Shown here: one piece after another, positions 34,027-45,169 of the stretch
How the letters are laid out: every line of letters starts with the position of its first letter
Numbering within the stretch: position 1 is the stretch's first letter
DNA from: an uncultured Candidatus Saccharibacteria bacterium
GTDB taxonomy: Bacteria; Patescibacteriota; Minisyncoccia; Minisyncoccales; CAZJYT01
Direction of reading: 5' to 3'
Length of the DNA stretch: 63,085 bases
Assembly: GCA_964552375.1 (NCBI GenBank)
Contig: CAZKFX010000002.1
Coordinates: 1-63,085, forward strand
Translations under genes and position numbers: made by a program
Notes under the pieces: model-generated
What the model was told of the DNA's origin: nothing
Databases searched by the model: none
What the model saw: only the letters and a program-made list of their open reading frames with translations

Positions 34027-35048
34027 AAGGTTTTTGTTTTGATCTAAGTAATCCCAAAGATCAAAAAAGGTATTTTTTATTAAAAGCTAAAAAAGAAATA
34101 AAAAAATTAAAAACCTTTTTAGAAAAAAAGGGGTTTTTGGCTATTTTGGTAGGAAAGAAAAATTCTGGAAAGGGCACTTATTCTAAAATGTTGGCTGAAG
34201 TCATAGATAGAGAAAAAATTTATCATTTTTCAGTGGGAGATATGATAAGAGAGATTGATAAAAAATTGAAAGATGAAAAAAAGAGAAAGGTATTTGTTGA
34301 AAAATTAAAAAAAAATTATCGGGGAAGTCTCTCTATTAAAGAAATTTTGGAAATTTTAGAAAAAAGAAGCACACAAACTCTTTTACCCACAGAGTTGATT
34401 TTAAATCTTATAAAAATTGAAATTAAAAAAATAAAAGGTAAAAGGGGTTTGTTTATTGATGGTTTTCCTCGAGATTTAGAGCAATTAAATTTCTCTCTGT
34501 TTTTAAAAGATATAATTTCTTATCAAAAATTCCCTGATTTTTTTGTCTTAATTGATATCCCAAATTTAGTAATTGAGGAAAGAATAAAATGGAGAAGAAT
34601 TTGTCCTCTTTGTCAAACTTCAAGAAATTTAAAACTACTTCCCACATCAAAAATAGGATATGATAAAGAAAAAAAAGAGTTTTATTTAATTTGTGACAAT
34701 CCTAATTGTCCGGGAGAAAGAATGATAAGAAAGGAAGGTGATGAATTAGGAATAGAGCCAATAAAAGAAAGGTTAGAAAAAGATGAAAAATTAATAAAAA
34801 AAATCCTTAATTTAAGAGGAATTCCCAAAATTTTGTTAAAAAATTCTCTACCATTAAATGAGGCAAAAAAAATTTTTGAAGATTATGAAATTACTCAAGA
34901 ATATTATTTTGAGTTAAAAGGAAATAAAGTAAAAATTAATCAAAAACCTTGGATTTTTTCATTAAAAGGAGAACCTTATATTAGTTTGTTGCCCCAACCT
35001 GTGGTAGTTTGTTTGATTAAAAAAATAGTAGAGGTTTTAAATTTATAA
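34023..35048 (+). CDS. Adenylate-kinase-family protein with N- and C-terminal extensions
   Basis: Signature blocks: VGKKNSGKGTYSKMLA (GxxxxGKGT P-loop), FSVGDMIRE, LFIDGFPRDLEQ, and a four-Cys LID (CPLCQTSRN ... CDNPNC). At 341 aa it is much longer than the ~190-215 aa of canonical Adk. Confidence 0.6.
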   Translation: MKGFCFDLSNPKDQKRYFLLKAKKEIKKLKTFLEKKGFLAILVGKKNSGKGTYSKMLAEVIDREKIYHFSVGDMIREIDKKLKDEKKRKVFVEKLKKNYRGSLSIKEILEILEKRSTQTLLPTELILNLIKIEIKKIKGKRGLFIDGFPRDLEQLNFSLFLKDIISYQKFPDFFVLIDIPNLVIEERIKWRRICPLCQTSRNLKLLPTSKIGYDKEKKEFYLICDNPNCPGERMIRKEGDELGIEPIKERLEKDEKLIKKILNLRGIPKILLKNSLPLNEAKKIFEDYEITQEYYFELKGNKVKINQKPWIFSLKGEPYISLLPQPVVVCLIKKIVEVLNL

Positions 35049-35052
35049 AAAT

Positions 35053-37251
35053 TTATACATTTTGCCAATCTTTTTCTTCTTTATTTTCGTTATCTTCTCT
35101 AATTAAAACCTCTCTTGGTTTGGAACCGTCAGGAGGTCCTACAATTCCATTTTTTTCTAAAATATCTAAAAGTCTTGCTGCTCTGGCATATCCTATTCTT
35201 AACCTTCTTTGTAAAAGAGAAGCAGAAGCTTTTTTGGCTTCAATAACAATTTTTTTTGCTTCTTCATATAAAGGATCTTTATCTGAATCTTCGTCCGGAA
35301 AAGAAAAAGCAATTTCTTGTGGCATTTGAGGACCCTCTATTAAAATTTGTTCTGGAATTTTGAAAAATTCTTTTTGGTCTTTATATTTAAGGCTTATCCA
35401 AGAGACAACTTTTCTTATTTCTTTTTCTGAAATAAAGGGTGCTTGAATTCTTTTTGGTTTTCCTAATTCTGGAGAGAAAAACAAAAAGTCTCCCCTACCA
35501 ATTAACTTTTCTGCTCCCCCCATATCTAAAATTGTTCTAGAATCAACTTGAGAAGCTACTTGAAAAGCTACTCTGGCTGTAATATTAGCCTTAATTAAAC
35601 CAGTAATTACCTCTACTGAAGGTCTTTGAGTGGCAACTATTAAATGAATACCTACCGCCCTAGCCTTTTGAGCTAATTTTACAATTCCTGCTTCCATTTC
35701 TCTCCCCTTAAAAGCCATTAAATCAGCTAATTCATCAATAATTAAAATTATATAAGGTAAAACTTCTTTTTGGTTTTTTATCATCTTTTCATTATAGCTT
35801 CTAATATCTCTGGCTTTCGCCTCTGATAAAACATCAAATCTTCTCTCCATTTCTGTAATTAGCCATTTTAAAACATTCACTGTATGTTGGGCATTATAAA
35901 TTACTGAACAAAGTAAATGAGGGAGATCATTATAAATAGGAAATTCTACTCTTTTGGGATCAACTAAAATTAATCTAATGATTTCAGGGCTTCCACCAAA
36001 AATATTAAAATTGTTAGGAGGACGATATAAAAGACTCAATAAAATAGAGTTCAAAAAGAGAGTTTTTCCAGAACCTGTAGCTCCAGCTACTAATAAATGA
36101 GGCATTTTTTCTAAATCAGTATAAACTGGATTACCAGAAACATCTCTTCCCAAAACAATCGGCAAAGAATACCAAGAATTTTGAAAAAGAGGGTTTTTAA
36201 TTAATTCTCTTAATCTCACTTTGGCCCGAATTTTATTTGGAACCTCTACTCCTACTAATGATTTTCCAGGAATGGGAGCTTCAATTCTAATAGGATGACT
36301 GGCTAAAGCTAAAGCTAAATCATTTGAAAGGGTAGTAATTTTTGATAATTTTATTCCTTCAGCAGGTTTAAAAGTATATTGAGTCACAGTAGGTCCAATA
36401 TTTACCCCTCCCATTTCTACTGGAATCCCAAAATTTTGAAGGGTTTTTTTAATGATAGCTGAATTTTGTTTAATATCACCACTAGTGGGAATTTCACTTT
36501 CTTTTTCTAAAAGCTCAAATGGAGGAGGAGAATAAAAAGATTTTTTTGGCTTGGAAATAGAAGTGATTTTCAATTGGGGCATTGGAGAAATCATGGGACG
36601 AGGTTTTATTTCTAATTTTTTTGGAGGACTAACTTCTTTTAATTTTAATTGAGGAGGTCTACTTAAAATTTCTCTAATAATTGACTTTTTCTCTCTTTTT
36701 TCTTTTTTTTCAACAGAAATTTCTCTTTCTTTTAGAGAGGGTCTAAAAACCTGCCAAAAAATAATAACTCCCAAAATCAAAAAACCAAAACAAATAATAA
36801 AACTTAACCAAGAACCAAATAAAATATTTAAAATTTTTCCTATAAAAATTTTACCCAAAACACCTCCTTTCCCCTTCCAAAGAGAAAAAATTCCAGAGGC
36901 TCCTACAATAAAGAAAACAGAGGCTAAAAAAAGATTAGAAAAATCTTTTCTTTTTTTCACCAAGAAAAAAGAAAAAATTGCCAAAGATAAAAATAAAATA
37001 GGAAAAAAGAAAATTGCTTTACCAACCAAAAAATAAAAAATTTCAAAAAAAATTTTTCCTGCTCTTCCTCCAAGATCAAAAAAACTCAAAAAAGAAACAA
37101 GAGAAAGAAAAACCATTAAAAAGCCAAAAATTAACCTTTGAGTTTGCTCAGAAAGAGAAAGCGAAAAATGAGAAAAAAGAGAAAAAATTTTAAAGGGCTT
37201 TTTCTTTTTTGGTTTAAAATTTCTTTTTATCTTTTTGGATTTCTTTCTCAT
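35053..37251 (-). CDS. ftsK: DNA translocase FtsK/SpoIIIE
   Basis: N-terminal TM helices and a proline/lysine-rich linker, then LLVAGATGSGKTLFLNS (Walker A), ILIIDELADLM (Walker B) and the C-terminal gamma domain SLLQRRLRIGYARAARLLDILEKNGIVGP. Confidence 0.92.
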   Translation of the reverse strand: MRKKSKKIKRNFKPKKKKPFKIFSLFSHFSLSLSEQTQRLIFGFLMVFLSLVSFLSFFDLGGRAGKIFFEIFYFLVGKAIFFFPILFLSLAIFSFFLVKKRKDFSNLFLASVFFIVGASGIFSLWKGKGGVLGKIFIGKILNILFGSWLSFIICFGFLILGVIIFWQVFRPSLKEREISVEKKEKREKKSIIREILSRPPQLKLKEVSPPKKLEIKPRPMISPMPQLKITSISKPKKSFYSPPPFELLEKESEIPTSGDIKQNSAIIKKTLQNFGIPVEMGGVNIGPTVTQYTFKPAEGIKLSKITTLSNDLALALASHPIRIEAPIPGKSLVGVEVPNKIRAKVRLRELIKNPLFQNSWYSLPIVLGRDVSGNPVYTDLEKMPHLLVAGATGSGKTLFLNSILLSLLYRPPNNFNIFGGSPEIIRLILVDPKRVEFPIYNDLPHLLCSVIYNAQHTVNVLKWLITEMERRFDVLSEAKARDIRSYNEKMIKNQKEVLPYIILIIDELADLMAFKGREMEAGIVKLAQKARAVGIHLIVATQRPSVEVITGLIKANITARVAFQVASQVDSRTILDMGGAEKLIGRGDFLFFSPELGKPKRIQAPFISEKEIRKVVSWISLKYKDQKEFFKIPEQILIEGPQMPQEIAFSFPDEDSDKDPLYEEAKKIVIEAKKASASLLQRRLRIGYARAARLLDILEKNGIVGPPDGSKPREVLIREDNENKEEKDWQNV

Positions 37252-37353
37252 TATATTTTATTTTAAATTTGTTTAATTTTAAAATCAAATAACTTAAAAA
37301 GTCCCAAATTTAAATATTTTTTCAATTTTAAATGAGGAGTTTCCAAAAAAATT

Positions 37354-40300
37354 TTACCGAGAAAAACCAGTTCCCGCAGGAATGAGTTTTCCTAAAATTA
37401 CATTTTCTTTTAATCCTAATAATTTATCTTCTTGAGCTTCTAAAGCTGCTTTAATTAAAACTCGAGAGGTTTCTTGGAAAGAAGCTGCAGACAAGAAAGA
37501 ATCTGTAGTTAAAGCAACAGTAGAAATTCCTAATAGAATAGGAGTTGCTTTAACTAATTTTTTCTTTTCTTTTTTTAATATTTGATTTGTTTCAAAAAGT
37601 TTTTGTTTAGAAATAATTTCTCCTCTAATGAAATCTGAATCTTGAGGATCTTTTACTTTTACCCGAGAAAACATTTGAGAAACAATAGTTTCTAAATGTT
37701 TATCATGAATACTTACTCCTTGACCAACATAAATTCTTTGAATTTCTTTAATTATATACCTTTGAGTAATCTCTTTGCCAGCCACTTTGAACAATTCCTT
37801 AATGTCTAAATTACCTTCACATAAAGCTTGTCCCCTCTTTACAACATCTCCTATTTTTACCGAAAGAGAAAATCGAGAAGGAATTTTATATTCCACAACT
37901 TCTTTTTCTGGAGTTTCTATTTTAACAATTTTATCAGGTGTAATTTTTACTACTTTACCATCAACTTGAGAAATTACTGCTTTTTCCTTTAAAGGTTGCG
38001 CCTCAAAAATCTCCTCTACTCGTGGCAATCCCATTGTAATATCTCCTCCACCAACAACTCCACCAGTATGGAAAGTCCTCATAGTCAATTGAGTCCCTGG
38101 TTCTCCAATTGCCTGAGCAGCAACAATACCTACCGCTTCTCCTAATTTTACCATTTTGTTTTTTCCTAAATCCCATCCATAACATTTTTGGCAAATTCCA
38201 TAAATAGATTTACAAGATAAAGGAGATCTTACCCTCACAGCTGGAATTTTAGCTTTCTTAATTTCTTCAGCTTTATGCCAATCTATAATTTCTCCTTTTT
38301 TTACAATTTCTTTTCCTTTTTTATTTTTTATATCCTCCAAAGCTATCCTTCCTACAATTTTAAATACAAAATCTTGACCAATTTCTTCAGCGTCTTCCAA
38401 ATACACAACAATTCCTTCTGTATCTCCACAATCTTCCTCTCTGACAATTATTCCATGAGATACATCTATCAATCTCCGAGTTAAATAACCAGCGGTAGAA
38501 GTTCTCAAAGCAGTATCTGCAGTCCCCTTTCTTGCTCCATGAGTAGAAATGAAATATTCCAAAATATTTAGTCCTTCTTTATAAGAACTTAAAACCGGCA
38601 ATTCAATTATCTCACCTAAAGGATTAATTACCAATCCCTTCATTCCAGCCATTTGAACAGGTTGAATCCAACTTCCTCTTGCTCCAGCATCAATCATTGT
38701 ATAAACAGAACCTTCTTTTGGTAAAACTTCAGGAACCAATTTTTCTATCTCATTTTTTACTTTCATCCAAATATCAATTATTTTCTCTCTTCTTTCTTCT
38801 TTAGATAAAAGCCCTTTTTGATAATAACTTTCAATTAATTTTACTTTCTCTTTTGCTTTTTCTAAAATTTCCTTTTTTTGAGGAGGAGTTATTAAATCTT
38901 TCCAACCCCAAGTAACTCCTGAAAAGGTAGAATATTCAAACCCTAAATCTTTAATCCCATCTAAAATTTCTCTTACTTTTTCATGAGGATATTTTTCAAT
39001 AATCTGGGCAACAATTTTCTCTAATTTTTTCTCTGTAATTTTTTCATTTTGGAAAGGAAAGTCTTCAGGTAAAACCTGATTAAAAATAATTCTACCGACA
39101 GAAGTTTCTATTAATTTACCCTTTATATTAACTTTAATTTTCTGATGAAGAGAAATTGTTTTGAATTCGTAAGCCAAAATTGCTTCTTCAGGACAACTAA
39201 AGATTTTTAAATTTTCTTCGTCTTTCTTCTCATCTTTCATTCTGGTTAAATAATAACATCCTAATACAATATCTTGATAAAGAGTAACAATAGGAAGACC
39301 TACAGCAGGTTTTAAAAGATTATGAACAGAAAGCATTAATTCTCTAGCCTCTTTCTGGGCCTCTTTAGAAAGTGGAACAAAAACCGCCATTTGATCTCCA
39401 TCAAAATCAGCATTGTAAGCTTTACATACCATTGGATGAATTCTAATTGCCTTGCCCTCAATTAAAACCGGATAAAAAGCTTGAATTCCTAATCTGTGTA
39501 AGGTGGGGGCTCTGTTTAACAATACTAATTTATCCTTTACAACTTCTTCCAAAAAGGCCCATACTTCGTCTGTTTCATCCTCAATTAGTCTCAAGGCACT
39601 TTTTACATTAAAAGCTAATTGATTTTCTAAAAGTTTCCTTATCACAAAGGGTTTAAATAATTCTAAAGCCATTTTTTTAGGAAGACCACATTGATCCAAT
39701 CTTAATTCTGGACCGACAACAATTACTGATCTTCCAGAATAATCTACTCTCTTTCCTAAAAGATTTTGACGAAATCTTCCTTGTTTTCCTTTTAACATAT
39801 CTGCCAATGATTTTAACATCCTCTTTCCTCCGGTTGATGCTTTTGTCATCAAAGCTCCCCTTCTCATTCCATTATCAATTAAAGCATCTACTGCTTCTTG
39901 AAGCATTCTCTTTTCGTTCCTTACGATTACTTCAGGAGCATTTATTTCCAAAAGATATTTTAATCTATTATTTCTATTAATTACTCTCCGATAAAGATCA
40001 TTTAAATCAGAAGAGGCATATCTTCCTCCATCCAACTGAATAGTAGGACGCAAATCAGGAGGTAAGACAGGAATAACAGTAAGAAACATCCATTCTGGCC
40101 TAATCCCTGCTCTATAAAGACTACGAAAGAGTTTTAATCTTCGCCGAATTTTTTTCTCTTCTTCTTTTCCTTTTGAGTTTTCTAGTTCCTTTTTTAATTT
40201 TTCAATCTCTGATTTTAGATCAATTTTGGCAAAAATTTTTCTTACAGTTTCTGCCCCAGTACCAGCAGAAAAAATCATTCCATACTTCATTGATAAATAT

Positions 40301-40911
40301 CTATATTCTTTTTCAGATAAAATTTTTAAGGGTTTAATTGATAAAACCTCGTTTTTAGTTTTGTCTCTTTTCTTTTTCAATTCTGTCAATTCTTTTTCTA
40401 ATTCTTTTTTATCTTTAATTTGAGATTTTTTTTCTTTAACTTTTTGGCGGTATTCTTTTTCTATATCTTCTAATATCTTTTTCTTTGCTTTCTCATCTAC
40501 TTCTGTAATTAAAAAAGCAGAAAAATAAATTACTTTTTCTAACTGAGGCTGAGATATATCTAAAATCAAACCCATTCTTGAAGGAACCCCTCTTAAAAAC
40601 CAAATATGAGATACAGGAGTTGCCAATTTAATATGACCCATTCTTTCTCTTCTTACTTCTGATTTTGTAATTTCCACTCCACATCTATCACAAACTATCC
40701 CTCTATATCTTACTCCTTTATATTTACCGCAATAACATTGATAATCTCTTTCAGGACCAAAAATTCTTTCGCAAAAAAGTCCTCCTTTTTCTGGTCTTTG
40801 AGTGCGATAATTAATTGTCTCTGGAATTGTTACCTCTCCATGAGACCAACTTAAAATTTCTTGAGGAGAGGCTAATTTTATTCTAATTGCCTCTAAATCT
40901 TGGACTCGCAT
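37354..40911 (-). CDS. rpoC: DNA-directed RNA polymerase subunit beta-prime
   Basis: Zinc motif [23 protein letters not shown], catalytic [14 protein letters not shown], and trigger-loop/bridge-helix blocks. 1185 aa. Confidence 0.98.
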   Translation of the reverse strand: MRVQDLEAIRIKLASPQEILSWSHGEVTIPETINYRTQRPEKGGLFCERIFGPERDYQCYCGKYKGVRYRGIVCDRCGVEITKSEVRRERMGHIKLATPVSHIWFLRGVPSRMGLILDISQPQLEKVIYFSAFLITEVDEKAKKKILEDIEKEYRQKVKEKKSQIKDKKELEKELTELKKKRDKTKNEVLSIKPLKILSEKEYRYLSMKYGMIFSAGTGAETVRKIFAKIDLKSEIEKLKKELENSKGKEEEKKIRRRLKLFRSLYRAGIRPEWMFLTVIPVLPPDLRPTIQLDGGRYASSDLNDLYRRVINRNNRLKYLLEINAPEVIVRNEKRMLQEAVDALIDNGMRRGALMTKASTGGKRMLKSLADMLKGKQGRFRQNLLGKRVDYSGRSVIVVGPELRLDQCGLPKKMALELFKPFVIRKLLENQLAFNVKSALRLIEDETDEVWAFLEEVVKDKLVLLNRAPTLHRLGIQAFYPVLIEGKAIRIHPMVCKAYNADFDGDQMAVFVPLSKEAQKEARELMLSVHNLLKPAVGLPIVTLYQDIVLGCYYLTRMKDEKKDEENLKIFSCPEEAILAYEFKTISLHQKIKVNIKGKLIETSVGRIIFNQVLPEDFPFQNEKITEKKLEKIVAQIIEKYPHEKVREILDGIKDLGFEYSTFSGVTWGWKDLITPPQKKEILEKAKEKVKLIESYYQKGLLSKEERREKIIDIWMKVKNEIEKLVPEVLPKEGSVYTMIDAGARGSWIQPVQMAGMKGLVINPLGEIIELPVLSSYKEGLNILEYFISTHGARKGTADTALRTSTAGYLTRRLIDVSHGIIVREEDCGDTEGIVVYLEDAEEIGQDFVFKIVGRIALEDIKNKKGKEIVKKGEIIDWHKAEEIKKAKIPAVRVRSPLSCKSIYGICQKCYGWDLGKNKMVKLGEAVGIVAAQAIGEPGTQLTMRTFHTGGVVGGGDITMGLPRVEEIFEAQPLKEKAVISQVDGKVVKITPDKIVKIETPEKEVVEYKIPSRFSLSVKIGDVVKRGQALCEGNLDIKELFKVAGKEITQRYIIKEIQRIYVGQGVSIHDKHLETIVSQMFSRVKVKDPQDSDFIRGEIISKQKLFETNQILKKEKKKLVKATPILLGISTVALTTDSFLSAASFQETSRVLIKAALEAQEDKLLGLKENVILGKLIPAGTGFSR

Positions 40912-40918
40912 AAATTTT

Positions 40919-43900
40919 TTATTTTTTTCTTTTTTCTTTTACTTGAACTGCTAGACCTAAAGATTTTAATTCAGCAACTAATAGTTTAAAAGAAGCTGGA
41001 ATATGAGGAGTTTTAATCTCCTCTCCCTTTAAAATGTTATTATAAGTAGCAGCTCTTCCTGAAATATCATCTGATTTTATTGTTAGCATTTCTTGAAGAG
41101 TATAAGCAGCCCCATATCCTTCTAAGGCCCAAACCTCCATTTCACCAAATCTTTGACCTCCAAATTGAGCTTTTCCTCCTAATGGTTGTTGAGTAATTAA
41201 AGAATAAGGACCAACGCTTCTGGCATGAATTTTATCTTCTACCATGTGAATTAATTTCATTAGGTAAATATATCCTACGGTAACTTTTTCTGGAAAGGGC
41301 AATCCCGTTTTTCCATCATACAATGTCACCTTTCCATCTTCTGGAAGACCTGCTTTTTTCAATTCTTCTTTTATTTCCTCTTCTTTCGCTCCAGCCAAAG
41401 CAGGAGAAATGGCAATATAATTTAGTTTTTTTGCCGCCCAACCCAAATGAGTCTCTAAAATCTGACCCAAATTCATTCTTGAAACAACACTTAATGGATT
41501 TAAAATAATATCTACCGGAGTACCATCTTCCATAAAAGGCATATCCTCAATTGGTAATACCTTAGAAATAACTCCTTTGTTTCCATGCCGACCTGCTAAT
41601 TTATCTCCTGCTTGAATTTTTCTTATCTGACCTATCTCTACCTCCACTCTTTTTATCACTCCAGGTTCTAATTTGTCTCCTTTTTCTCTTGAAAAAACTT
41701 TCACGTTAATAACTCTTCCTTTTTTTCCATGCTCTAATCTTAAAGAAGTATCTTTCACTTCTTTGGCTTTTTCTCCAAAAATCACTCTCAAAAGCCTTTC
41801 TTCTGTTGTTAGCTCTCCTTCTCCTTTAGGAGAGATTTTTCCTACTAAAATATCATTAGCTTGAACTTCAGCTCCAATTCTTACTATTCCTTCTGAATCT
41901 AAATTCTTTAATTTTTCTTCTGAAACATTTGGAATATCATTAGTAGTAACTTCTGGTCCCAATTTGGTTTCTCTCACATCACAAGTGAAATTTTCAATAT
42001 GAAGAGAAGTAAAAACATCTTCTCTTACCAATCTTTCTGAAATTAAAATGGCATCTTCAAAGTTTCCACCTCTCCATGGCATAAAAGCCACTAAAAGATT
42101 TTTTCCTAAAGCCAAATATCCCTTATCAACAGCAGCTCCATCTGCTAAAATTTGTCCTTTTTTTACTTTTTCTCCTACTTTTACCAAAGGTCTCTGGCGC
42201 AAACAAGTATATTGATTAGTCCTAATAAAAGTTCTCAATTTATAATTTTTGATTTTTCCATCTTCTGTTTTAATTTTAATATGTCTGGCATCTACCTCTT
42301 CTACAATTCCATTTTCTTGAGCATAAATTGAATAACCAGAATCTCTTGCTACTTTTTCTTCCATTCCAGTCATAACTAAGGGCATTTCAGGTTTTACCAA
42401 AGGAACCGCTTGTCTTTGCATATTTGAACCCATCAAAGCTCTGTTGGCATCATCATTTTGCAAAAATGGAATAAGAGAGGTAGCAACAGAAATTGATTGA
42501 TTAGGAGAAATATCAATAAAATCAATTTGTTCTTTTTTAATTAAGCGGGGCTCTCCTCTTACTCTTGCTTCAACTTCGTCTGGAATAATATTTCCATTTT
42601 CATCAATTGGAACATCGGCTGGAGCAATATTATATTTTTCTTCTTCTGTTGCATTTAAATATCTAATTTTTGAAGTAACTTTTCCATTTTTCACTTCAAA
42701 ATAAGGCGTCTCTAAAAAACCAAAAGGATTAACTTTAGCAAAACAAGCCAAATATCCTACCAAACCAATATTAGGTCCTTCTGGGGTCTGAATGGGACAA
42801 ATTCTTCCATAATAAGATGGTTGAACATCACGAACTTCAAATCCTGCTCTTTCTCTAGTCAACCCTCCAGGACCTGTAGCAGTTAATCTTCTTTTGTGTT
42901 CTACCTCTGCCAGAGGATTTTGATTATCCATAAATTGACAAATCTGAGAAGAAGTAAAAAATTCTTTAATTACCGTCATTAAAGGACGAGGATTAATTAA
43001 CTGACTGGGAGTAAGTGTGGAAGAATCTAAAGTGGACATTCTATCTTTGGCAATTCTGGCAACGCGCATAAAACCTATTCTCAATCTGTTAATTAATAAT
43101 TCATTGAAAGTTCTTACTCTTCTGTTTCCTAAATGATCAATCTGATCAGATTTTGCTTGAGGATCATTATTCAATCTAATAATTTCTCTAATTGTAGCAA
43201 TTACATCTTCTACTTTTAAAACTCTATCTTCTAAACTAATTTTTTCTTCAAATTCTTTTTCGTCTTTACATTCTTCTCTTTTAAGTTCAGGCAATCTTTG
43301 ATACATTCTCCATCTTCCCACTTTTGATAAATCGTATCTTTCAAAATTGAAAAACATATTTTCTAAAAGTTCTCTACCACTCTCAGGAGTAGCTAATTCT
43401 CCGGGCTTTAAATGGCTATAAATTTCCACTAAAGCCTCTTTACAGTTTTTGGTAGGATCTCTTTTTAAAGTTTCTTCAATATATTTTATTTCTCCTGTAT
43501 CTACATCCTTGAACTTTTCTTTTATATCTTCTTCTTTTAATCCAAAAGCTTTCAACAAAGTTGTCACCGGGACTTTTCTTTTCCTATCAATTTTTACTCC
43601 AATAAAGCCGTTGGATTCTGTTTCAAACTCCAACCAGGCTCCCCTATTAGGAATAATTTTTGCTCCAAAATATTTTTTTCCTCCAATTGTATTAAAACTA
43701 AAAAAAGCTCCTGGAGAGCGAATTAATTGAGAAATAGCTACCCTTTCTACTCCATTTAAAATAAAACTCCCCCTAGGAGTCATAAGGGGGAAATCTGTTA
43801 AAAAAATCTCTTGTTCTTTAATTTCTTTTGTTTTTAAATTAACCAATCTCACTTTAGCTCTTAATGGAGCTTCATAAGAATCATTTCTTTCTTTGGCCTC

Positions 43901-44119
43901 TAAATCGTTTTTATATTTTGATTCGCCTAAATGATAACTCAAAAAATAAAGCTCAAATTCTTTTCCTGTATAATCTCTAATCGGAGAAATTTCCTCAAAA
44001 AGCTCTTTTAAATCTTTTTCCCAAAATCTCTTCCAGCTCTCTTTTTGAATAGCAAGTAAATAAGGCAACTCTAATGAAACTTTAGATTTGGAAAAATCTT
44101 TAAATTTAAGCTTTTTCAT
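40919..44119 (-). CDS. rpoB: DNA-directed RNA polymerase subunit beta
   Basis: Signature blocks: [67 protein letters not shown]. 1066 aa. Confidence 0.98.
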   Translation of the reverse strand: MKKLKFKDFSKSKVSLELPYLLAIQKESWKRFWEKDLKELFEEISPIRDYTGKEFELYFLSYHLGESKYKNDLEAKERNDSYEAPLRAKVRLVNLKTKEIKEQEIFLTDFPLMTPRGSFILNGVERVAISQLIRSPGAFFSFNTIGGKKYFGAKIIPNRGAWLEFETESNGFIGVKIDRKRKVPVTTLLKAFGLKEEDIKEKFKDVDTGEIKYIEETLKRDPTKNCKEALVEIYSHLKPGELATPESGRELLENMFFNFERYDLSKVGRWRMYQRLPELKREECKDEKEFEEKISLEDRVLKVEDVIATIREIIRLNNDPQAKSDQIDHLGNRRVRTFNELLINRLRIGFMRVARIAKDRMSTLDSSTLTPSQLINPRPLMTVIKEFFTSSQICQFMDNQNPLAEVEHKRRLTATGPGGLTRERAGFEVRDVQPSYYGRICPIQTPEGPNIGLVGYLACFAKVNPFGFLETPYFEVKNGKVTSKIRYLNATEEEKYNIAPADVPIDENGNIIPDEVEARVRGEPRLIKKEQIDFIDISPNQSISVATSLIPFLQNDDANRALMGSNMQRQAVPLVKPEMPLVMTGMEEKVARDSGYSIYAQENGIVEEVDARHIKIKTEDGKIKNYKLRTFIRTNQYTCLRQRPLVKVGEKVKKGQILADGAAVDKGYLALGKNLLVAFMPWRGGNFEDAILISERLVREDVFTSLHIENFTCDVRETKLGPEVTTNDIPNVSEEKLKNLDSEGIVRIGAEVQANDILVGKISPKGEGELTTEERLLRVIFGEKAKEVKDTSLRLEHGKKGRVINVKVFSREKGDKLEPGVIKRVEVEIGQIRKIQAGDKLAGRHGNKGVISKVLPIEDMPFMEDGTPVDIILNPLSVVSRMNLGQILETHLGWAAKKLNYIAISPALAGAKEEEIKEELKKAGLPEDGKVTLYDGKTGLPFPEKVTVGYIYLMKLIHMVEDKIHARSVGPYSLITQQPLGGKAQFGGQRFGEMEVWALEGYGAAYTLQEMLTIKSDDISGRAATYNNILKGEEIKTPHIPASFKLLVAELKSLGLAVQVKEKRKK

Positions 44120-44198
44120 ACAAAAAAGAAAAAAGGCCTCTTTACCTTCTCTTGAAGGAAAAAAATTATTCTCGCTTATTTATTCACGATTTTTGATA

Positions 44199-44228
44199 AT
44201 TTTATTCATTTAACTTGTAATATGTCAA
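44199..44228 (-). promoter_or_regulatory. Candidate proximal rpoBC promoter
   Basis: Minus strand reads TTGACA (44228-44223), an 18-nt spacer, then TAAAAT (44204-44199). Confidence 0.4.
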
Positions 44229-44264
44229 GTCTTTTGAATTCTTAATTACCTAAGAATAAATCAC

Positions 44265-44294
44265 ATTATATCATTGAAATATTTATTTTGTCAA
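44265..44294 (-). promoter_or_regulatory. Candidate distal rpoBC promoter (extended -10)
   Basis: Minus strand reads TTGACA (44294-44289), an 18-nt spacer ending in TGA, then TATAAT (44270-44265). This gives a TGnTATAAT element and would leave a ~140-nt leader. Confidence 0.5.
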
Positions 44295-44405
44295 GAGGGG
44301 TAATATTATTATTATCTGGCTACCTTGGTAATACTTTTTATTGTACCTACCTTATATATTTATTGCTTACCTGCTTACTCTAATTAAGCAATATCTTTTT
44401 AGATT

Positions 44406-45074
44406 TTAAATTTGTAGATGTCTAACCTCTGTTAGTTTTTTTAAAACAAAAAATGCTTTGTTGATTTGGGTATCATCAATGAGAATCGTCAATTCTGTAG
44501 TTGTAGAAAAAAGCTCAATAATATTTATATTCTCAAAAGAAAGTCTTTTTAAAATTTGATAAAAAATACCAGACTGAAAAACCACTTTTGGAGAAAATCT
44601 TAAAGTAATAGCTGAAAGATTATCTTTTTTGAAGATTAACTTTTCATCTTTAAAAATTTTTTCAATTTCTTTTTGAATTTCAAAATTTATTAAAAAAGTA
44701 GTCTCTCTCACTCCCTCAGAAAAAATACAAATTGTGTCTTTTTTTTCCTTTTTTATTTTTTGTAAAATTTCCATTTTTTTAAATAAACTTTGCGAATTAG
44801 CAAAAGTTAAAACCGAAAGATTTGATCTCAAAGTCAAATCTAAAATATTTAAAAACCTTTCTTTTTCTTTATCTTCATTTTGAAATTTTTTTTGAGCTCT
44901 CTTCAAAGCCATTACAATAGCACCTTCTTTTGTTGATTTTAAAATCCTTTTTTCAACCTCAGGTTTTAATTTTCTAGCTAAAGCTGAAAGATTAATTATT
45001 TTTTCTGAAAGAGCTTTTTCTAAAAAAGGATAATCTTTTATTATTTCGTTTATAACATCATTTACACTCTTCAT
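44406..45074 (-). CDS. ACT-domain protein resembling the aspartokinase regulatory region (possible regulator)
   Basis: The C-terminal GIFYQILKRLSFENINIIELFSTTTELTILIDDTQINKAFFVLKKL closely resembles the aspartokinase ACT pattern (pGvaaxifxaLaxxxINIxmIsqxxSExxIsxvvxxxdxxkAvxxLh). A second ACT-like unit lies upstream. The N-terminal ~60 aa are helical (INLSALARKL). It is divergent from the dap operon. Confidence 0.45.
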   Translation of the reverse strand: MKSVNDVINEIIKDYPFLEKALSEKIINLSALARKLKPEVEKRILKSTKEGAIVMALKRAQKKFQNEDKEKERFLNILDLTLRSNLSVLTFANSQSLFKKMEILQKIKKEKKDTICIFSEGVRETTFLINFEIQKEIEKIFKDEKLIFKKDNLSAITLRFSPKVVFQSGIFYQILKRLSFENINIIELFSTTTELTILIDDTQINKAFFVLKKLTEVRHLQI

Positions 45075-45094
45075 AATGTTAAAATTTTAACATT
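45075..45094. promoter_or_regulatory. Perfect 20-nt palindrome abutting the ACT-protein start codon
   Basis: AATGTTAAAATTTTAACATT is its own reverse complement. It contains the minus-strand -10 box (TAAAAT, 45089-45084). Confidence 0.6.
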
Positions 45095-45112
45095 TTAGTT
45101 AAATTTTGTCAA
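45084..45112 (-). promoter_or_regulatory. Candidate promoter of the ACT-protein gene (near-leaderless)
   Basis: Minus strand reads TTGACA (45112-45107), a 17-nt spacer, then TAAAAT (45089-45084). Only 9 nt separate the -10 box from the ATG at 45074. Confidence 0.5.
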
Positions 45113-45134
45113 AAATTTTTAAAAATTTGACAAA
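45105..45134. promoter_or_regulatory. Inverted repeat TTTGTCAAA-12nt-TTTGACAAA supplying the -35 boxes of both divergent promoters
   Basis: The arms lie at 45105-45113 and 45126-45134. Each arm reads TTGACA on the strand it would serve. Confidence 0.55.
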
Positions 45135-45156
45135 TTATCTTTCCTTTTGCTATGGT
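45127..45156 (+). promoter_or_regulatory. Candidate dapB-dapA-dapL promoter
   Basis: TTGACA (45127-45132), an 18-nt spacer, then TATGGT (45151-45156). The ATG at 45152 falls inside this -10 box, which favours the start at 45170. Confidence 0.45.
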
Positions 45157-45169
45157 AAAACAAAAAATT

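Noticed and set aside
37252-37353. 102-nt gap after rpoC as a possible small RNA (for example SRP or 6S) or intrinsic terminator
   Set aside because: The sequence is almost pure A/T with no stable stem or conserved motif, and it is too short and unstructured for those RNAs.
44125-44175. CCTTC-AAGA-GAAGG hairpin plus downstream T-runs in the rpoB leader as a transcription attenuator or terminator
   Set aside because: The stem is only 5 bp and is separated from the T-run by about 11 nt. AT-rich sequence produces such structures readily. It is kept only as a note within the leader finding.
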